Assembly: GCA_964057225.1 (NCBI GenBank)
Contig: OZ059894.1
Location: forward strand, 16,244,001-16,308,000
Length of the DNA stretch: 64,000 bases
Direction: 5' to 3'
From: Auanema rhodensis
Lineage: Eukaryota > Animalia > Nematoda
The notes under the pieces are model-generated. The model saw only the letters and a program-made list of their open reading frames with translations. It was not told the origin of the DNA and did not search any database. Numbering within the stretch: the stretch's first letter is position 1; each line of letters starts with the position of its first letter. Both the position numbers and the translations under genes were made by a program. Below are positions 1 to 14,333 of this stretch, one piece after another.

Positions 1-2248
1 TTTCATATGGACTTGGAATATTCAATACATGGAGATAACACCAAAATGTGCCATGAAGGTCCGAATAGCACGAGAATGAATTTAGGGACTTATGGAGATT
101 ACTTGTGTGATTCATCAGAGGTAAATAATTGCAAGTTTCTGATTTATTTCCCATTTGGAAAACTGATTGAATTCTGAACCGTAGGTCAGACAAAGAATGG
201 TGTCAAAGTTTTTGCACAGATTATTAGTAGATAACTGCACTAGCTACTGCATTAATTAAATCGGATTAATAACGCTATCAATTTCTCTGATTATTCTTTA
301 GTTGCCTTCCGTATTAAATGGCGTTTCGTTTATTCTGTTCGTTTCGTTAGTCAACCTCATAAAATATCTTAAAGTATTCCTATAAAAAAGATAAGAACTT
401 TATTAACTCTCTACTATTTTATGAGTTCTTGTTGCAACATTTAATAGATTTGTATAGGCCCTCGTGAAGTACACTTTGAATGAAGCCGCTAAACTCTTTC
501 CATCACCCGACATAATATTGTGGACCGGAGACAATGTGCCTCATATTGAAAATTATAATTGGACATGTAAGGGAACGGCTGATTTTTATGCCATAAATGC
601 TTCTTCCAGATGTTTATAATTCTATGAGAGTGGCCACTAACCTAATCCAGGATCATTTCTCAATAAATACGAAAACAATTCTTCTTCCAACATTTGGAAA
701 TCATGACTACGCTCCAGCAAATGCGTATGATACGTACAGTGAGCTGTATCTCGCAGTATGGGATATGTGGTCTAAGTTTATAGGCCCAGATCAAAAAGTC
801 AGCTGTCTTCTCTAAGTTTTCTATTTTTTTCTTAAGTATTCAATCCATTAAAATGAGAATCATATGACAATTCATGCTTTCGAATCATTGTTATCTTTTT
901 CTTCTGTTATCTTAATTAATTTTCTTTACCTACTCAATATATTGTCTCTGATTCCATATTCTAAAGATCAGAAAACTGCTGCCTGAGCAAACTATGTGAT
1001 CATAATTTTCTTTTCTTTATAGGAACGTTTTTTGAGAGGAGGTTATTATAAAGTAGTAAGAAAAGGAGTAACATTTCTAGTATTGAACACAAATCTCTAT
1101 TACAAGTACGCTTTTTTTTCAATATTACTTCTTAAATAAGTCATATCAGTGCTAACGAAGCCTATGTTAACTTTACCAATCCTGATGATCCAGCTGAAAT
1201 GTTCGCTTTCATGGAATCTGAACTTGAAGCTGCTTCTAAATGTGGAAACCAAATAAATAAAACTCTCTGTACCAATCACGTTCATATTGTTGCCCATATT
1301 CCTCCTGGAGGTTTGGAATCATTTTCTGCGGCTGATCAATAAATCCTATTTCAGTTTTTGAACGAACCCCACATTATAATTGGTTCCGACCATATTATAA
1401 TGAAAGATTTTTGAACATAACTCTCAAATATGCAGAAACGATCAAATGGATGCTTTATGGACATCACCACACTGACACTTTTCATTTAATTAGAGTACAG
1501 TTAACTATTCCATTAAATTTTTTAAATTATTGTTTAGGATAAAGAAGGCAAGGCTGTACAATTGTCTTTAATGGCTCCTGCTGTAACCCCATGGTTTTCT
1601 TCTTTAGATGGAGCGGGTGCAAATAATCCTGCATTCAGAATTTATAGGACTTCAGATGATTTAGCTATAATCAACGATATTGAGTAAGTGAAAAAGCAAA
1701 ACAATTGCCCCGAACCAGGATCGAACTGGTGACCTTTAGATCTTCAGTCTAACGCTCTCCCAACTGAGCTATCGAGGCACACAAGCCAATGCTTTTTTGC
1801 GAGATGAGGTTTTTTCTTTTTACACTGATCATTTCAGAACTTACTATGTGAATCTGGACCAATTGAATCAAGGAAATGGAACATTTTTCCAATTTGAGTA
1901 TTCATTCCAAAAAGCTTATAATATTACTGGCCCTATTAATGCATTAGCAATGGATAAAGTAATTAAGCGAATGAAAACTGATGAAACTACATTGATGACG
2001 TATCTTAATTATAATTCGGTTACTTGGAATGTGACAAAGCCAAAAGGAATATATTTGTAAGTTTCATTATTTTATTTAAACTGTTATCAAAAATGGATTA
2101 TAGGGGAGCTCAGATCTGCTCTATCGATTATTCTGATTATCCTCGTTATGATGCTTGCCTTCTCCAATATAAATCATCCAATTCATTATCAGTAATATCC
2201 GTTTTCATACTTAGCTTTTTGATATATCATATTTCTAAATTTAGTTAA
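1..2248 (+). CDS. Acid sphingomyelinase-like phosphodiesterase (SMPDL3-like), multi-exon, 5' end outside window; hydrophobic C-terminus suggests a GPI anchor
   Basis: Spliced translation gives the metallophosphoesterase motifs FHMD..Y, G.YGDYLCDS, IILWTGDNVPH, PTFGNHD, VAHIPPG, GHHHTDTF, PAVTPW and NNPAFRIY. It ends SSNSLSVISVFILSFLIYHISKFS*. Confidence 0.92.
1706..1778 (-). tRNA. tRNA-Phe(GAA)
   Basis: Reverse complement is GCCTCGATAGCTCAGTTGGGAGAGCGTTAGACTGAAGATCTAAAGGTCACCAGTTCGATCCTGGTTCGGGGCA (73 nt), a full cloverleaf with GAA anticodon, A and B boxes and downstream T runs. Confidence 0.98.
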
Positions 2249-3757
2249 AATTTCTTAGTTAACTAGTCAAAATTTAATATAATTTACGGCGAAATATTAT
2301 TATTAATATATATGTTACTGTGAAAATGGATGTATATATAATGTATGAGAACATTAAATTTTCTAAATGCGATTGAATCGAATACTATACTGTAAGCTAA
2401 GATTGACTTTATAATTTGTTTACTTGATGTATGTGACACTTTTTAAGCGATTGTTAGAATAATACTTTGTTATATACGGTTCTCATCTTAGGGTTTTTCA
2501 AATTAGAAAGTATAAAGATGTCTCATCTATCATCTTTTCTTAAATATTTAGCGAAAGGATTAGTCGTTTATTAGAATTCAATAAAACAGTCAATCACTAT
2601 ATTCAGTTAAATCTTAGAGAAACAGGTTATTTAGTATATCTTTTATGTAGATTTTATTAACTCACAAAGGTTATTGTATATACATGAAGAGGTTTTTTTT
2701 GTTGTTTCGAAGGAGAGAAAATAGATAAAAATTTCTTAAAATGTTGTTTTAGCATGTTGTTTTTTTTCAATTTAAACAATATTTCTGAAGTCAAAGAGAA
2801 ATGGGTCAACAAGGGATTAATGTCGGAATGTTTTAAATGGATGTAATATATTACATACATATAACTTTCTATTTCAAGCTATACCTTTGATAAATATATA
2901 TACATTTTATCTTTAATTTTGAAAAAAAAGGTTCTTCGTTAAAAGGCAATGAAAGTTAGTAATTTTGCAAACGATACTTTATCAACAATTCACCTGCAAA
3001 GATCAACATTAATTACATGAAGTACGTTAAATATTAAAATTTGTTTTAATTGCATAAATTGTTCCACACGGTTGTTCATAAAATGTTTCTTAAATAAAAT
3101 TATTCTGAAGATAGATATTTATGAATTTCTAATAAATTATGGAAATGAAGTGATTTTGGAAGGTATGCATAAATATATTTGTAAGTTTATTAAAAATTTT
3201 GAAATTAAAATTACATAAATATAACTAGATATTAATTTATTTAACAATGTTTTTGTTTTTTAATATGTTTCTCGATGTTTTAAATTATTTCTGTCAAATA
3301 CCTCATTTTCTACCCGGACCCTTATTACAGTTTGTGCTAGGATTGAGAGATCGTATAATACCATCTTAGCCCCCATCGTTCAGTTCGTTCCAGCAATTGT
3401 CCATCCGGAATTGCTGGTTACTTAATCTCTTTCATTCATCTTTTCTTTTGATGGTGATGCTCTTCTACCTTTCATGAAACCCAGAACATCACTTGATCTT
3501 TTCTGTCCTTTTTGCCATAATCTCGTTATGCCCAACCTACTTTCACCTCAGGGATTCCTTCACCTTCACTTATATAACTCCGATCTCCTGCTATTGCACT
3601 TTTCTCATCTTTTCAAGCATAATTCTATATTCAACATCAGTTGGGTTTTTTGAGATCTAGCTGAAAGAAATGTTTTTCTTACGATAACGATTACTTCATC
3701 AGTCATTTTGTTTAATAGTTTGACTTAAACTGTTTATCATTATAATCATTTCAGCTA

Positions 3758-5268
3758 ATGAATCTCATTATTCTAACAAGCTTATTACTAAGTACTTCAA
3801 CTAGCTCTGCGTTCTTTTTTCCTCCTTCTGGGTGTTCATCATGTAACTGTCCTAGTGCTTGTCCACAAGTTCCTACATGTGCCATTCCGTTACCTTGTTC
3901 ACCACCCAGCTTAGCAATACCAGCCCCTCCAGCGATACAATTTCCAACTCCAAATTATCAGGCAATTTTTAAACAAAACTGATATTAATACTTATCAGTT
4001 TTGCTTTTTTTTTATTATTATTTCGTTTTAGCCAGGATGGATTCCCGCTATTCCGTCTGCTCCAGCTGTTACATCATCACTAATTCCAACGTTTGCGTCA
4101 TTACCTTCATACAATGTTCCAATGCCAACTTATACTACACAAGTATGTGTTTTCAGCTCAAATATCAGCAAACTCAGTTGATTATTAAATTATTTTTTAA
4201 AGCCACAATATAAGTCAACTGGAATGGATGTGCAGGCTCCAATTTTTACATCTATACCAGCCGAATCGTATCTGCTTAAGTGAATTATAAAATTATAAAA
4301 ATAGAATGAAATAGTTAAATTTAGATCAAAGAAACCTGAAGCTGTTCTTCCAACGCTAATGCCTTCACTAGTATGTAATGAAATAAACAATACAATTTAC
4401 TGTATTTTAGAGCGAAAGCGAGGGCTATGTTGATAATTCTGAGAAATATCAGGCATTAACTGATTATGATGACACTGCTCCCGCTTTGCCACCTCCAATT
4501 CCTCCTGCACCAACTAATACTTACAGGTTCTTTTAAGCAATAATAAAGTATTAGTTTTGCTTTATAGAACTACAGATACAGTTCAGTATATGGATTCACT
4601 TAACGATAATCCTCCATCATTTTCTGGTTTGATTAAGTTTAAAGCTTAACTGAGTTTTTATTTTTCAAGACTCCCCGAATGAGCTTGATATTGACGTTGA
4701 TAGTAATAGTTTTCTCCACTCTGGAGAAGCCAGTATAGAATGGCCTACCCTACCGATGTCGAGAAAATCCATTCCAGATGGTTTTACTATTTTTCTTACT
4801 AGCAAACTTTATTTTTATTTCAGGTTTAGCTCCATTCGACGCTCTGGAAAAAAGACATTCAGTTCTGAAAAGGATGAGGGTAAGTTATAATATTTTCCAA
4901 AACAGAATAAAATAATATTTATTAATAGAATTCTAAAACAGCTGTTCCACACACTAATTCAACTTGTAATTCACATAACTTAGCTAGTGTTATGGCTAAG
5001 GTATTACAGAATCAGCAGAAAAATAGAAAACTTTGTATATTCAGGCAATCGTCGAAGATGTTTCTGTATCCAAGAGAATGGTTATGAGAGCAACTGAATT
5101 AGCATTTGATGGAGCCAGGTTAAAATTTGAAGATAAAACGGCCTTATCATCAGTTTTTCTTACAGATTTGATGTATTCTGTGCCACTGGTGAATTCAGTT
5201 ACAGCATACACTCTAGAAAATATTGTGAAGTGACAAGTGGCAATGTCACATGCTTCGCTTTTAGATAA
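3758..5268 (+). CDS. Ground-like domain (hedgehog-related, grl family) secreted protein, multi-exon
   Basis: Signal peptide, then AFFF..GCSSCNC and a Pro-rich region. C-terminal ground-like domain reads CNSHNLASVM..AIVEDVSVSKRMV..FDVFCATGEFSYSIHSRKYCEVTSGNVTCFAFR*. Confidence 0.9.
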
Positions 5269-6316
5269 TTTCAGAATGAAATTATTGCATTTGCTAATTT
5301 TAAAAATAGTTATATTACTAATATCTTGACATTTGTTCTTAATATTGCTCATGATCTCGTTATTTTATAATTTTCATTTGGGAAGGAAATTTCTATATAA
5401 TTCTATGATGTTTAGAAAATAATTGTTTTAATTCTGTACAGATCTGAATCAGTAATAGAAAAAGTAATAGAACAAATCTAAATGATCGGACGACGCCTAG
5501 TGAACAGCTAAATGTTTTAGAAAATATGATAAATTAAAGAAATTTGAAGAAGATCATAGCATCTGAAATACATTTCTTTTTTTTAAATTTGTTTTATCTT
5601 AGCTTATTACGGATGATAGACCAAGATTTTTCATCTATTATTTTGATTCATGACTGTACATATCTATGCTATATGAATGAATATACATGTTGTTACTTAT
5701 ACATATAACATACATCTGCTTTGGATCAGCTTTATTGAGTTTAAAAAATGTATAATTAAAATTATTTTTATAAGTTTTAATGAAATGAATAAATTTATAA
5801 CCATAACAAATTCAAAAAAAGCATTTTTTCTCAAATGTATTTAAAGTTTTCATAATATATCAGATTTATATTTTGGAACTAATATTAATATTATACTATT
5901 ATGATATTAATTAAACTTATTTTAATATATGCATAGTTAGCTAAAGTTATAGGTATTAGTAATAATTAGTAAAGTAAATCACTTAGAAATTTAAATCACA
6001 ACTGATGTTTGCTAAGCAAACCACGATGAATATATTCTTTTATTCCAAAAAAAGAAAAAAGTAATTTCAAGGTCTGCTAATTCATTAAGCTTTTCTGAAT
6101 TGCATCTTTTCTCTCAAAACTTCGTTATTCAACAGAGAAGTTATGTAGATGGATGAGATACATAGAAGTACAATGGTATTCAAGGGGCGACTGCTCTTCT
6201 CAGCTGAGAGAGATGTTGACAATGTACTATGAATGCTCTTCCTTTTTTTTAATTACCAAATTCTTTTAAAAATATAAAACACATTTGATTCTACCTTTGA
6301 TATTGAAAAAGTATAA

Positions 6317-6321
<5 letters not shown>

Positions 6322-6356
<35 letters not shown>
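6322..6356. repeat. (AT)n microsatellite
   Basis: Uninterrupted dinucleotide run. Confidence 0.95.
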
Positions 6357-6359
<3 letters not shown>

Positions 6360-8912
6360 TCACATATATGTATATGTCAAGTTAGAGCATTTAGTATATT
6401 TGATGTCATGTGGCGTAGGCGAGCAGGTGTTTTCCTTAGAAATAGTGTTTATATAGCTGATTATCTTTATTAAGTAAAACAAGGTGTAGGAGGTATCATG
6501 AAAGATAAAAAAATTGTTGATTGTGTAGAAGAACTTTAAAAATTTCAACTACAAAAGCTTGCACACTCATAGAAAGCTGAAAGTATGACAGCAAAAGTTT
6601 TGAAATTTACAAAAAAATTCAGATAAGAAGGCTATGATGGTAATTTTCATTACTTCCAAAATATAGCAGATTGATGCTATTTCTATTTCATTTAAATATT
6701 CAAAAACAACATTTATTTGTATTAGTTTCAAAAATCAATTCAAGTTCTATTTTGGTATTTCTACTTATCTCGTTACAGTAGATATCAAATTTGCTTCATT
6801 CGTATACAAGAGTTGAATAATTACTTTTCAGTTCTTAAGATGAAAGCAATTTGTATGTGTTTATTATTTCATCGGACTTTGAGTACTAAGAATACATTAT
6901 TTATATTATTCAATAGAATACTTTTTTTAAAGAATATGATCTTAGTCTTAGTGACATTTGTTGGAATTTGATGTTTAATCAAAGATTGAAGATGTCAAGT
7001 ACATTGGCATTAATTAATTTTTTATATCAATAATCATTTTTTCATGCTAACAAAATTCTTAGTGTTCCATATAAATTTGCTGGAATTAGCATTTACCAAC
7101 TTTTCATTTATGGCGACAGGTGATATCTTCGTTTAGGAGGCTTGGTAAACCACAGAATCATTTATTGTCTAGAGTTTTGGCAAGTGTGGCAGTTGGCTTC
7201 CCTTTCAGCTTGTTAACATAAGGCTACCAGCCCCTTGAAAATATAATAATAGTTTTTTATACTGTTTATTCATTTCTTCAATTTTACTATATAAAGTTTT
7301 GTACTATTTTCTTCTCTTTAAATAACTATTGTCCACTTTATTTGAGGTATTCTCTTCAAATTTAAATTAGACCACAGTTACTTCACGTCATCTTTCCAAA
7401 TAATTCTGACGTTTTACTTTTTCGCTCGTTCCCACCATACAGCATGTTGCATCTGCTGAAATTACGTAAACCTATAAATTGATTATGTTCTTCATTCAAA
7501 TAATAGTTTTAAAATATTATCACAATAATACTATACTATATGTATTAATTTACTATTTTCTAAATCTTTAATCAATCTGCTCAAAATGATTCTTATAAAT
7601 ATGGATAATCCATTCAAATTATGCTAACTAATCGTCAACAAACGTATCTGAACTATCGATGAACTAAATTTATCCATTACTGTATAATTTTCTATTTTAT
7701 TACTACTTGTACCTTCATACAACATGATATTTTGAATCAGATGTTGTTGGAATACATATGTTGTGCTTAGCATTAGTTTTTCTTCTATGATCCAACTCAT
7801 GTCCTTTGCAACTCATACACATAGATATCTTTTGAATTGAGCTTCTGATCTTATAGACAGGAATACCAATTAGATGATTTTCTGCTTTTCGGAGGTCAAG
7901 GTTCATGCATGAGAACACGTCATCTTTTGAAATTCTCTCTGGGCGGAATATTCTGAGAATGTGATGATGTTACAGTTTCTCTCAACATTTCATAAAAGAA
8001 GTTAGTTTGCAGAGAGCCAGACCAAATTTTGGTCTAAAGGGTTTCATCCAACCCTCTCATTTATTTAAGTCAAATTGATCTTCTTCTGTTCTCATTACCA
8101 CTTTTCTGCATTCTCTCAATCTTACTTACTAATTTGAACAATACATTGCAAGTTTTTTAAAAGTGTTTTCTAGTTTATCATTCAGATCACTGTAATTTTT
8201 TTCTATTTCTATTTTAGTATACCAGAGCATGTGTTGATTTAGTAGATAATGTTACTATAAACAACTTATGAACACACATTTTCTTCGATAAAAAGGAATT
8301 TCCAAGTATCCTTTCAAATCCAGATCAGCTTCTTCTTCTAATCAAACATCAAATGAAAATTTGATAAATTATCACCCGATCTTTGTATATTAAATATTTT
8401 TTGCTGAGTCTCTTATACATATATGTATATATACATTTATATACATATATTCATATCAATAATTTGTAATATATTGCAAATTAGTATTAGATAGAACTTA
8501 TATTTCTTTTATAACGAGAGATTTTCTACTTTGAAATATTTCAAGTTTCCATCTATGATGCAGATTTTTTTTATAAATGTCTCTTTTTTCATAATATAGT
8601 AAGAACATTTTCAAATGTTGAACCAGACACTTTTAATATAATTTAATAAATGACGATGATGATGATCACATCTAGAAAGAGAAAACAAGAACGAAGTTTT
8701 GAGCTAGCTTCACCCTTTCCTACCCCCACTCATCTTATTTGGATGGGCACACATTTTCCATAAGATAGTTCAGAATTCTAAATTGCAACAACAATGATAT
8801 AATGTGATAATGATTTGAGTATATATTTCTCTTTGTTTATTCTGAAAAAGAACTTTTATCGTTAAATATTCTTGTACTTCTGAATTTAAATAACCTGATA
8901 TTCAGTCACGAA

Positions 8913-9320
8913 ATGGCATTAATGGGCGACTCAAGCACTGGAATTTTTCAAATTTTAATATTTCTCTTTCTGGTATCCATGTGCTCATGCACTTACTGTG
9001 AGTTATCGTATTTATTTCCATTTTTATTTATTTTAATTTAGTGGTTTACATAAATCCGTATCATCCTGAAAACCCTAGTGAGATGCCTGAAGCTACAAAA
9101 GTAAGTATTACTGTTCTTTACCGTGAATAAAACTTAAAAACTTTGATTCAAAACTTCAATTTTCAGTTGACTGCTAAAAGAGGGAAAAGTCTTTTGACGG
9201 GGTTAAGTGCTCCAGAAGACGTATGCACAATGAGAATGCTATATAATCACGTGCCCCGACACGGTCACAGTAAGTCTGTTTCCTATTATATTCTTTATAT
9301 TTTTAGCAGGTTATTCTTTT

Positions 9321-9356
<36 letters not shown>

Positions 9357-9915
9357 CAAACTTTTATGATTATCAATTCATAATCAATTTTTAGTTTCCA
9401 ATGGAAGTTGGGTAGAAATTCAACAGGATGATGATTATGGCCTACAAGCGACATATGTGGAATGTTTAAGTGAAGATCGACCACCTTGCTATGGTATTGA
9501 TAGAAAACGGTAAAATTCTACATTGAATAATTATTTATTTTTATTCTGATTAAAGATTTACGTCTGAATGTTTCACCGTATATGACTATCGACCAGCAAA
9601 TGTGCGACTTTTCGGTTCTCATTCAGAGTTTGTCAGAGCAACTGTTAGGGTAATTATTTTAAAGATTTAGTTAACTTTTCAAATTCAAACTTTTCAAGCC
9701 ATTTTTCTAAATGTAAAGATCAAAAGAATTTCTAATAAAAGAATTTTAATTAGTTAAAGATTCCAAAAATCTTAAAACCAGATGTTCCAAGCTAAAGCCG
9801 TAAGATCAAATTAATTTGAATTTGCAGATTAATTTGACTCTTTTATGTAATAATTTTTCAGATTCCGATTTCTTGTCAGTGCCAGGTGCGAGCAATCGGG
9901 ACTTTATTCCGTTGA
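8913..9915 (+). CDS. Secreted NGF/neurotrophin-like cystine-knot protein, 6 exons
   Basis: Exons 8913-8997, 9042-9100, 9167-9269, 9395-9509, 9556-9649 and 9862-9915 splice in frame. Product has a signal peptide, a KR site, then VCTMR..YVECL..PCYGIDRKRFTSECFTV..VRIPISCQCQV with six Cys in NGF-like spacing. Confidence 0.8.
9324..9353. repeat. (TA)n microsatellite, intronic
   Basis: Dinucleotide run inside intron 3 of the neurotrophin-like gene. Confidence 0.95.
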
Positions 9916-10430
9916 AAGTCTTGACGTCAGACAAGGCGTATCGTCGCGAATTCAGATTCTCCTCAGGCCATCTAGAACGACAACGATCTCATGTATCTGA
10001 ATGTTGAAATTCTTTAACTATTCTGCATTTTTCAATTTTTTTTGTTTCGTAAACTATACTATATCAACTTTTTTAAACTTTTAACTAAACTGAAATCAAT
10101 TCTCCTGAGGCGAGTATAACGTCTAGGCTTTCCCAATCAAGTTTTAAAAGTGCTTGAAATAATAATATTGTAGAAACAATGCTACTTATGTATAAAATGA
10201 TTCAGCTCATTTACTCCTTCTAGTTTTCTTAGCAAATATTATTATAAATTATAGTACATTCATTTTATTTTATTTTTACAAAATACCTTAGAAAGGACAT
10301 AACAAATTGAAAAATCAAAGAAAATATTTACAAAGATATACAGTTTGAGCAATATGGACAAATATAAACAAAAATTACAAAACTTTACAGCATTTTTTCA
10401 AAATTAACTAGATTTATTTATACAGTTACT

Positions 10431-13400
10431 TCACTGATCTTCTTTTAAAACCATATTCATTTCAATAGCTTCTTGCATGGCCCAAATACTTAAAGGTCTC
10501 ATATACCCGATAGCTCTATAATTATAAATAAACTAGTAGTTTTTAATTATAGAAAACCTGTAGTATCGTTTTCTATATATAGCTTCAGGAGTCTGATATT
10601 GTAATCCATACTGATACCAACATGACTCGTAAACTCCTTTGGCAGTTTTGAATCCATCATTTGACATGTTCTACAAAGATGATAAGATTTATATAGCCTT
10701 CTAATACGAAGATATCATAAATCTCATAAAGAATTCTTTGAAGATCTCCAAAAAAACTTACTAAAGCAATCATGAAAGAAGCGAGAGCATATGCTGTGCC
10801 AGTCCATACTTCAACGGATTGTATACTTGATACGTCATCAACTCCATTGTCTCTGCAAGAATTTAAATAATTAAGTATTTTCAAAATTCAAAAACAAGTT
10901 TCATCGGAAATAAAAAGCACAAAACAGCTTATTGATAGCTGTCAAAGCAATTCATGGGGACTCTGATTTTCCGGTTACTGTAATATAGGAAAAAAACAGA
11001 TGTTATATAAACTATCGTATTCAAAATAAATGTAATAACTGAATGTTATAGAAAAGTTCAGCTTTTTCTAAATATATGCTCAACTAACCGCATGCCATTA
11101 ACGGCTCCCATTCTTCCACCCTCAAACGACATGACATTTACGTCGAAAATAGTTTCCAAAGCCGAAGAAACCTGCAAATTTCTCAATTTAAGTATATCCC
11201 AACGAGACTAGAAGAAAGAAAGAAAGAAAAAGAAAGATATTCACCATTCTTTCATCTAAAAGGTCATCATCGGCGATCATACGATGAAACCAAGCACCAC
11301 ACAGTTGGTCGGACATAACAAGCCTAGCATTTTCTGGATTTTCATCAAATTTGAAATATCTAACAGGTAAAAAGTTATATAACTAATCAAAATCCTATTT
11401 ATAGAATACCTTCCATTCCAAAGTTTATTTATAAAAGCACCTTTAGCTCGTTCAAGATAATCTGAATACTTGCTGTAATCTTCACGTCTTTCCAATTTCT
11501 CAGCCATTTGAATCAAACACCAGAGTGAACACAAGAAAAGTGAACCACAGTAAGCACTAAAAATAAAGATTTCAGGCTTGCTAATTCACTTTGGCTCCTA
11601 TAAAAAGCTTCATGAACGAGTATCGAAATAAACATTAATTATTTCGCTACGTAGGTGTAGTTTACACCTTCAATGCATTTCAATTTTCAAAAGCATAATG
11701 ATAATCACACCTGGTCCCGGTCATCGTCCAAACATCATAGGTTTGATCTGCTGTTCCACTATTTTCAATCATACCGTCTTTGTCCATGTCCCAATCCAAA
11801 AGAGCAGATTCTACAATGAATTTGGACCGCTCATAGAACATTTTCAGAACTTCGATTGACTTGAACGAGAATAATTGAAATAGTTTCGAATTATTTATAA
11901 AATACCTTTTCTTTTGGATATCCCATCTTGGAGTAAACCTTGTCCCAATCTCTCCAGCTTAAAGCCACAAATTTCAAGTTCAAATCTCTCCATTCAGCTG
12001 TATCATGTAATAGATAAGCATTGGTATCAATGAAAGGCTCGCCAACTAAAAAAGGATTCTATTTTACAATCTTAAATATTTATAAACGAACGTGGATGGC
12101 CCAAATCATGAGGTACTCTTCCATATTTTTTGGATTTCATAGAATTTCCTTCGCACATAGAAGTTTCATTTTTATCACTAGAGCGATAAATTTGGTCAGC
12201 TAAGAATATTAATATTTTTGAAAGGATTAACTAACTCATAAATACCATAATCCAACTGTATTCCCATTTCAATAGCCGGCCAGTTCTTTAAAAGTGCCCA
12301 AGAAGCATAAAAATGAACATCGTATGTAGTAAACATATAATATTCCCATGCTAAAAAACAAAAAATACTTCTGTTTTACATCATATGCTCTACATACATT
12401 CCATATAAGCATATCGTCCATATTTCTTAAAATGCTCGATTGTCGGCAAGCTCATTTCTGGTTCACCATCGGCCCACTTATCATCATATTCGAACCAAAC
12501 GGTTGATCCATCAACCACAAAGTATAGTTCATTGAAAAGAGCACTTCGATACCTGAATAAAAAACATAAAAACCTAGTTGTTAGTTGTGTTGATCACCAT
12601 TGAGGAAGACGTTCATTAGTAATAGTAGGATTTTGCCAGTTTTCTATAAGTCTCAGCCATTCATCCCTTTTTTGGAAACCTGAGTGAATCATATCAGAAA
12701 GTACGTTTGACCCTTTATAGAATCTAGTATATCTTCTAAATTCATAAAATGTTGTTGATTTCAAATTCTGATTTTCAACCTCTGATACAATCTCTGGCGT
12801 AAACCGAATGCAACCTCAGGCATGTGCCAGATGAGTGAGAAATGGGAAACTTCGCAAGACTTAGCTGCAACAGCGAAACGTGATGAAACTGCGATTCCAA
12901 GTTCTCGTTCAACAGTTTGTTTAGCCTCTGAAAACTGAATTGGTAACAAATGAAATGGCTATTCAGTAAACCATATAATGTGCCATAATCCTTTAGCTGT
13001 TCCCAGACTTCTGCACCATTGCCATTAACATCAAATTGGCTTCTACTTATATTATTTTTCATACTCTAGATAAGACACTTTTAAACAAAAATTCTGTGTA
13101 GCGACAAAAAAAACCTTCTCGACTGCAACAATGTAAGTGACTGGCATCTTCTTCACTGTGTGATGAAGAGCAATCCCGCTTCCATTGGGAGCATCAATAT
13201 ATTCAGATCTTTAAATGAAATCCAAGCAAAAGAATCTCACTTAATTAGTATTTCCTACCTGCAATATCCTTCTTTATCCCATTGAGCATTTCCAGTACCA
13301 TTACGGAAACTAAATGTGATGGATACATTATAATTTTCGTTCGAATTATTCAGAACGTAGAAATCGAAAAGGGCAATAGGTAGTGAAGAATCCTGCAAAG

Positions 13401-14333
13401 TACAATGAATACTAATTGTGTAAACATATACATACATCATAGTTATGAGGTATAACAGGAGACAACTGTTGTTGCAATATTATCATATTAAGATCAGGAA
13501 TACGAAACTCTCTCCATGCTCGAGGGAATAAACCACGATACCTAGTTCACAGTTACCAAAACTTATTCATCTTATATATAATACCTTAAATCATTCTTAG
13601 AGAAAGATGAAGTCCAGTTTTGCAGAGTTGATTTGGAGAAATCTGCACAAGATAAAATAGATTGGAAAACCGTAGCATTTGAAGAATTTTGAACAGTAAT
13701 TATAAACTAGAATTTCATATTGATTTGGTATTATGTCAATAAAACTACCTGGTTGGCTTTTATATTCTGCTGTGAATGTTCTTTCATTCCAGGTATAATT
13801 GAAAATTTATTAAAAGCGCCCCGGAAATCAGTTCCAATGGAACCACAACCTAATCCACCTAATGGAACTCCTGGAGAAGATAATTACCATATATTTAAAT
13901 GATGAAAAATTCAAGAAATATCGCATTATAAAATAATGACTAGAATACAAATACTGATCCAAATTTAGATAATCATTCTAGTTAAATAGTTACCAAATCA
14001 TTCTCACTTTTAATTTGATATGGATCTTGAAATTATACCGTAATAAAATCTACCTGTGTATGGATAATGTGATAAAACTTGAAATATATCAATAAAACAA
14101 CCACGGCCATTCCACCATTCCTTGGCACAATGCATAAACATTCCAAAACACATAAAATTGAAACTAAGAAAATGAACTTGAACTAACCTTATAAAAAGAG
14201 GTAACATCTTGACCAGCTGATTCATATTGGGTAAAAATGATCTTCTTTTATGTGATTCAGGAGCTACGAAGTCTCCATTAACTTTCCAACCGACTCCATC
14301 GATTAAATCCTCTATTTTTTCAGCATATGTCAT
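10431..14333 (-). CDS. GBA2: Non-lysosomal glucosylceramidase GBA2 (GH116; hpo-13-like), multi-exon
   Basis: Motifs [86 protein letters not shown] and [16 protein letters not shown]. Confidence 0.95.

Noticed and set aside
5041-5352. Antisense ORFs over real exons (also 16742-17284, 19368-19637, 20579-20854, 23434-23673)
   Set aside because: Shadow ORFs of coding exons on the opposite strand.
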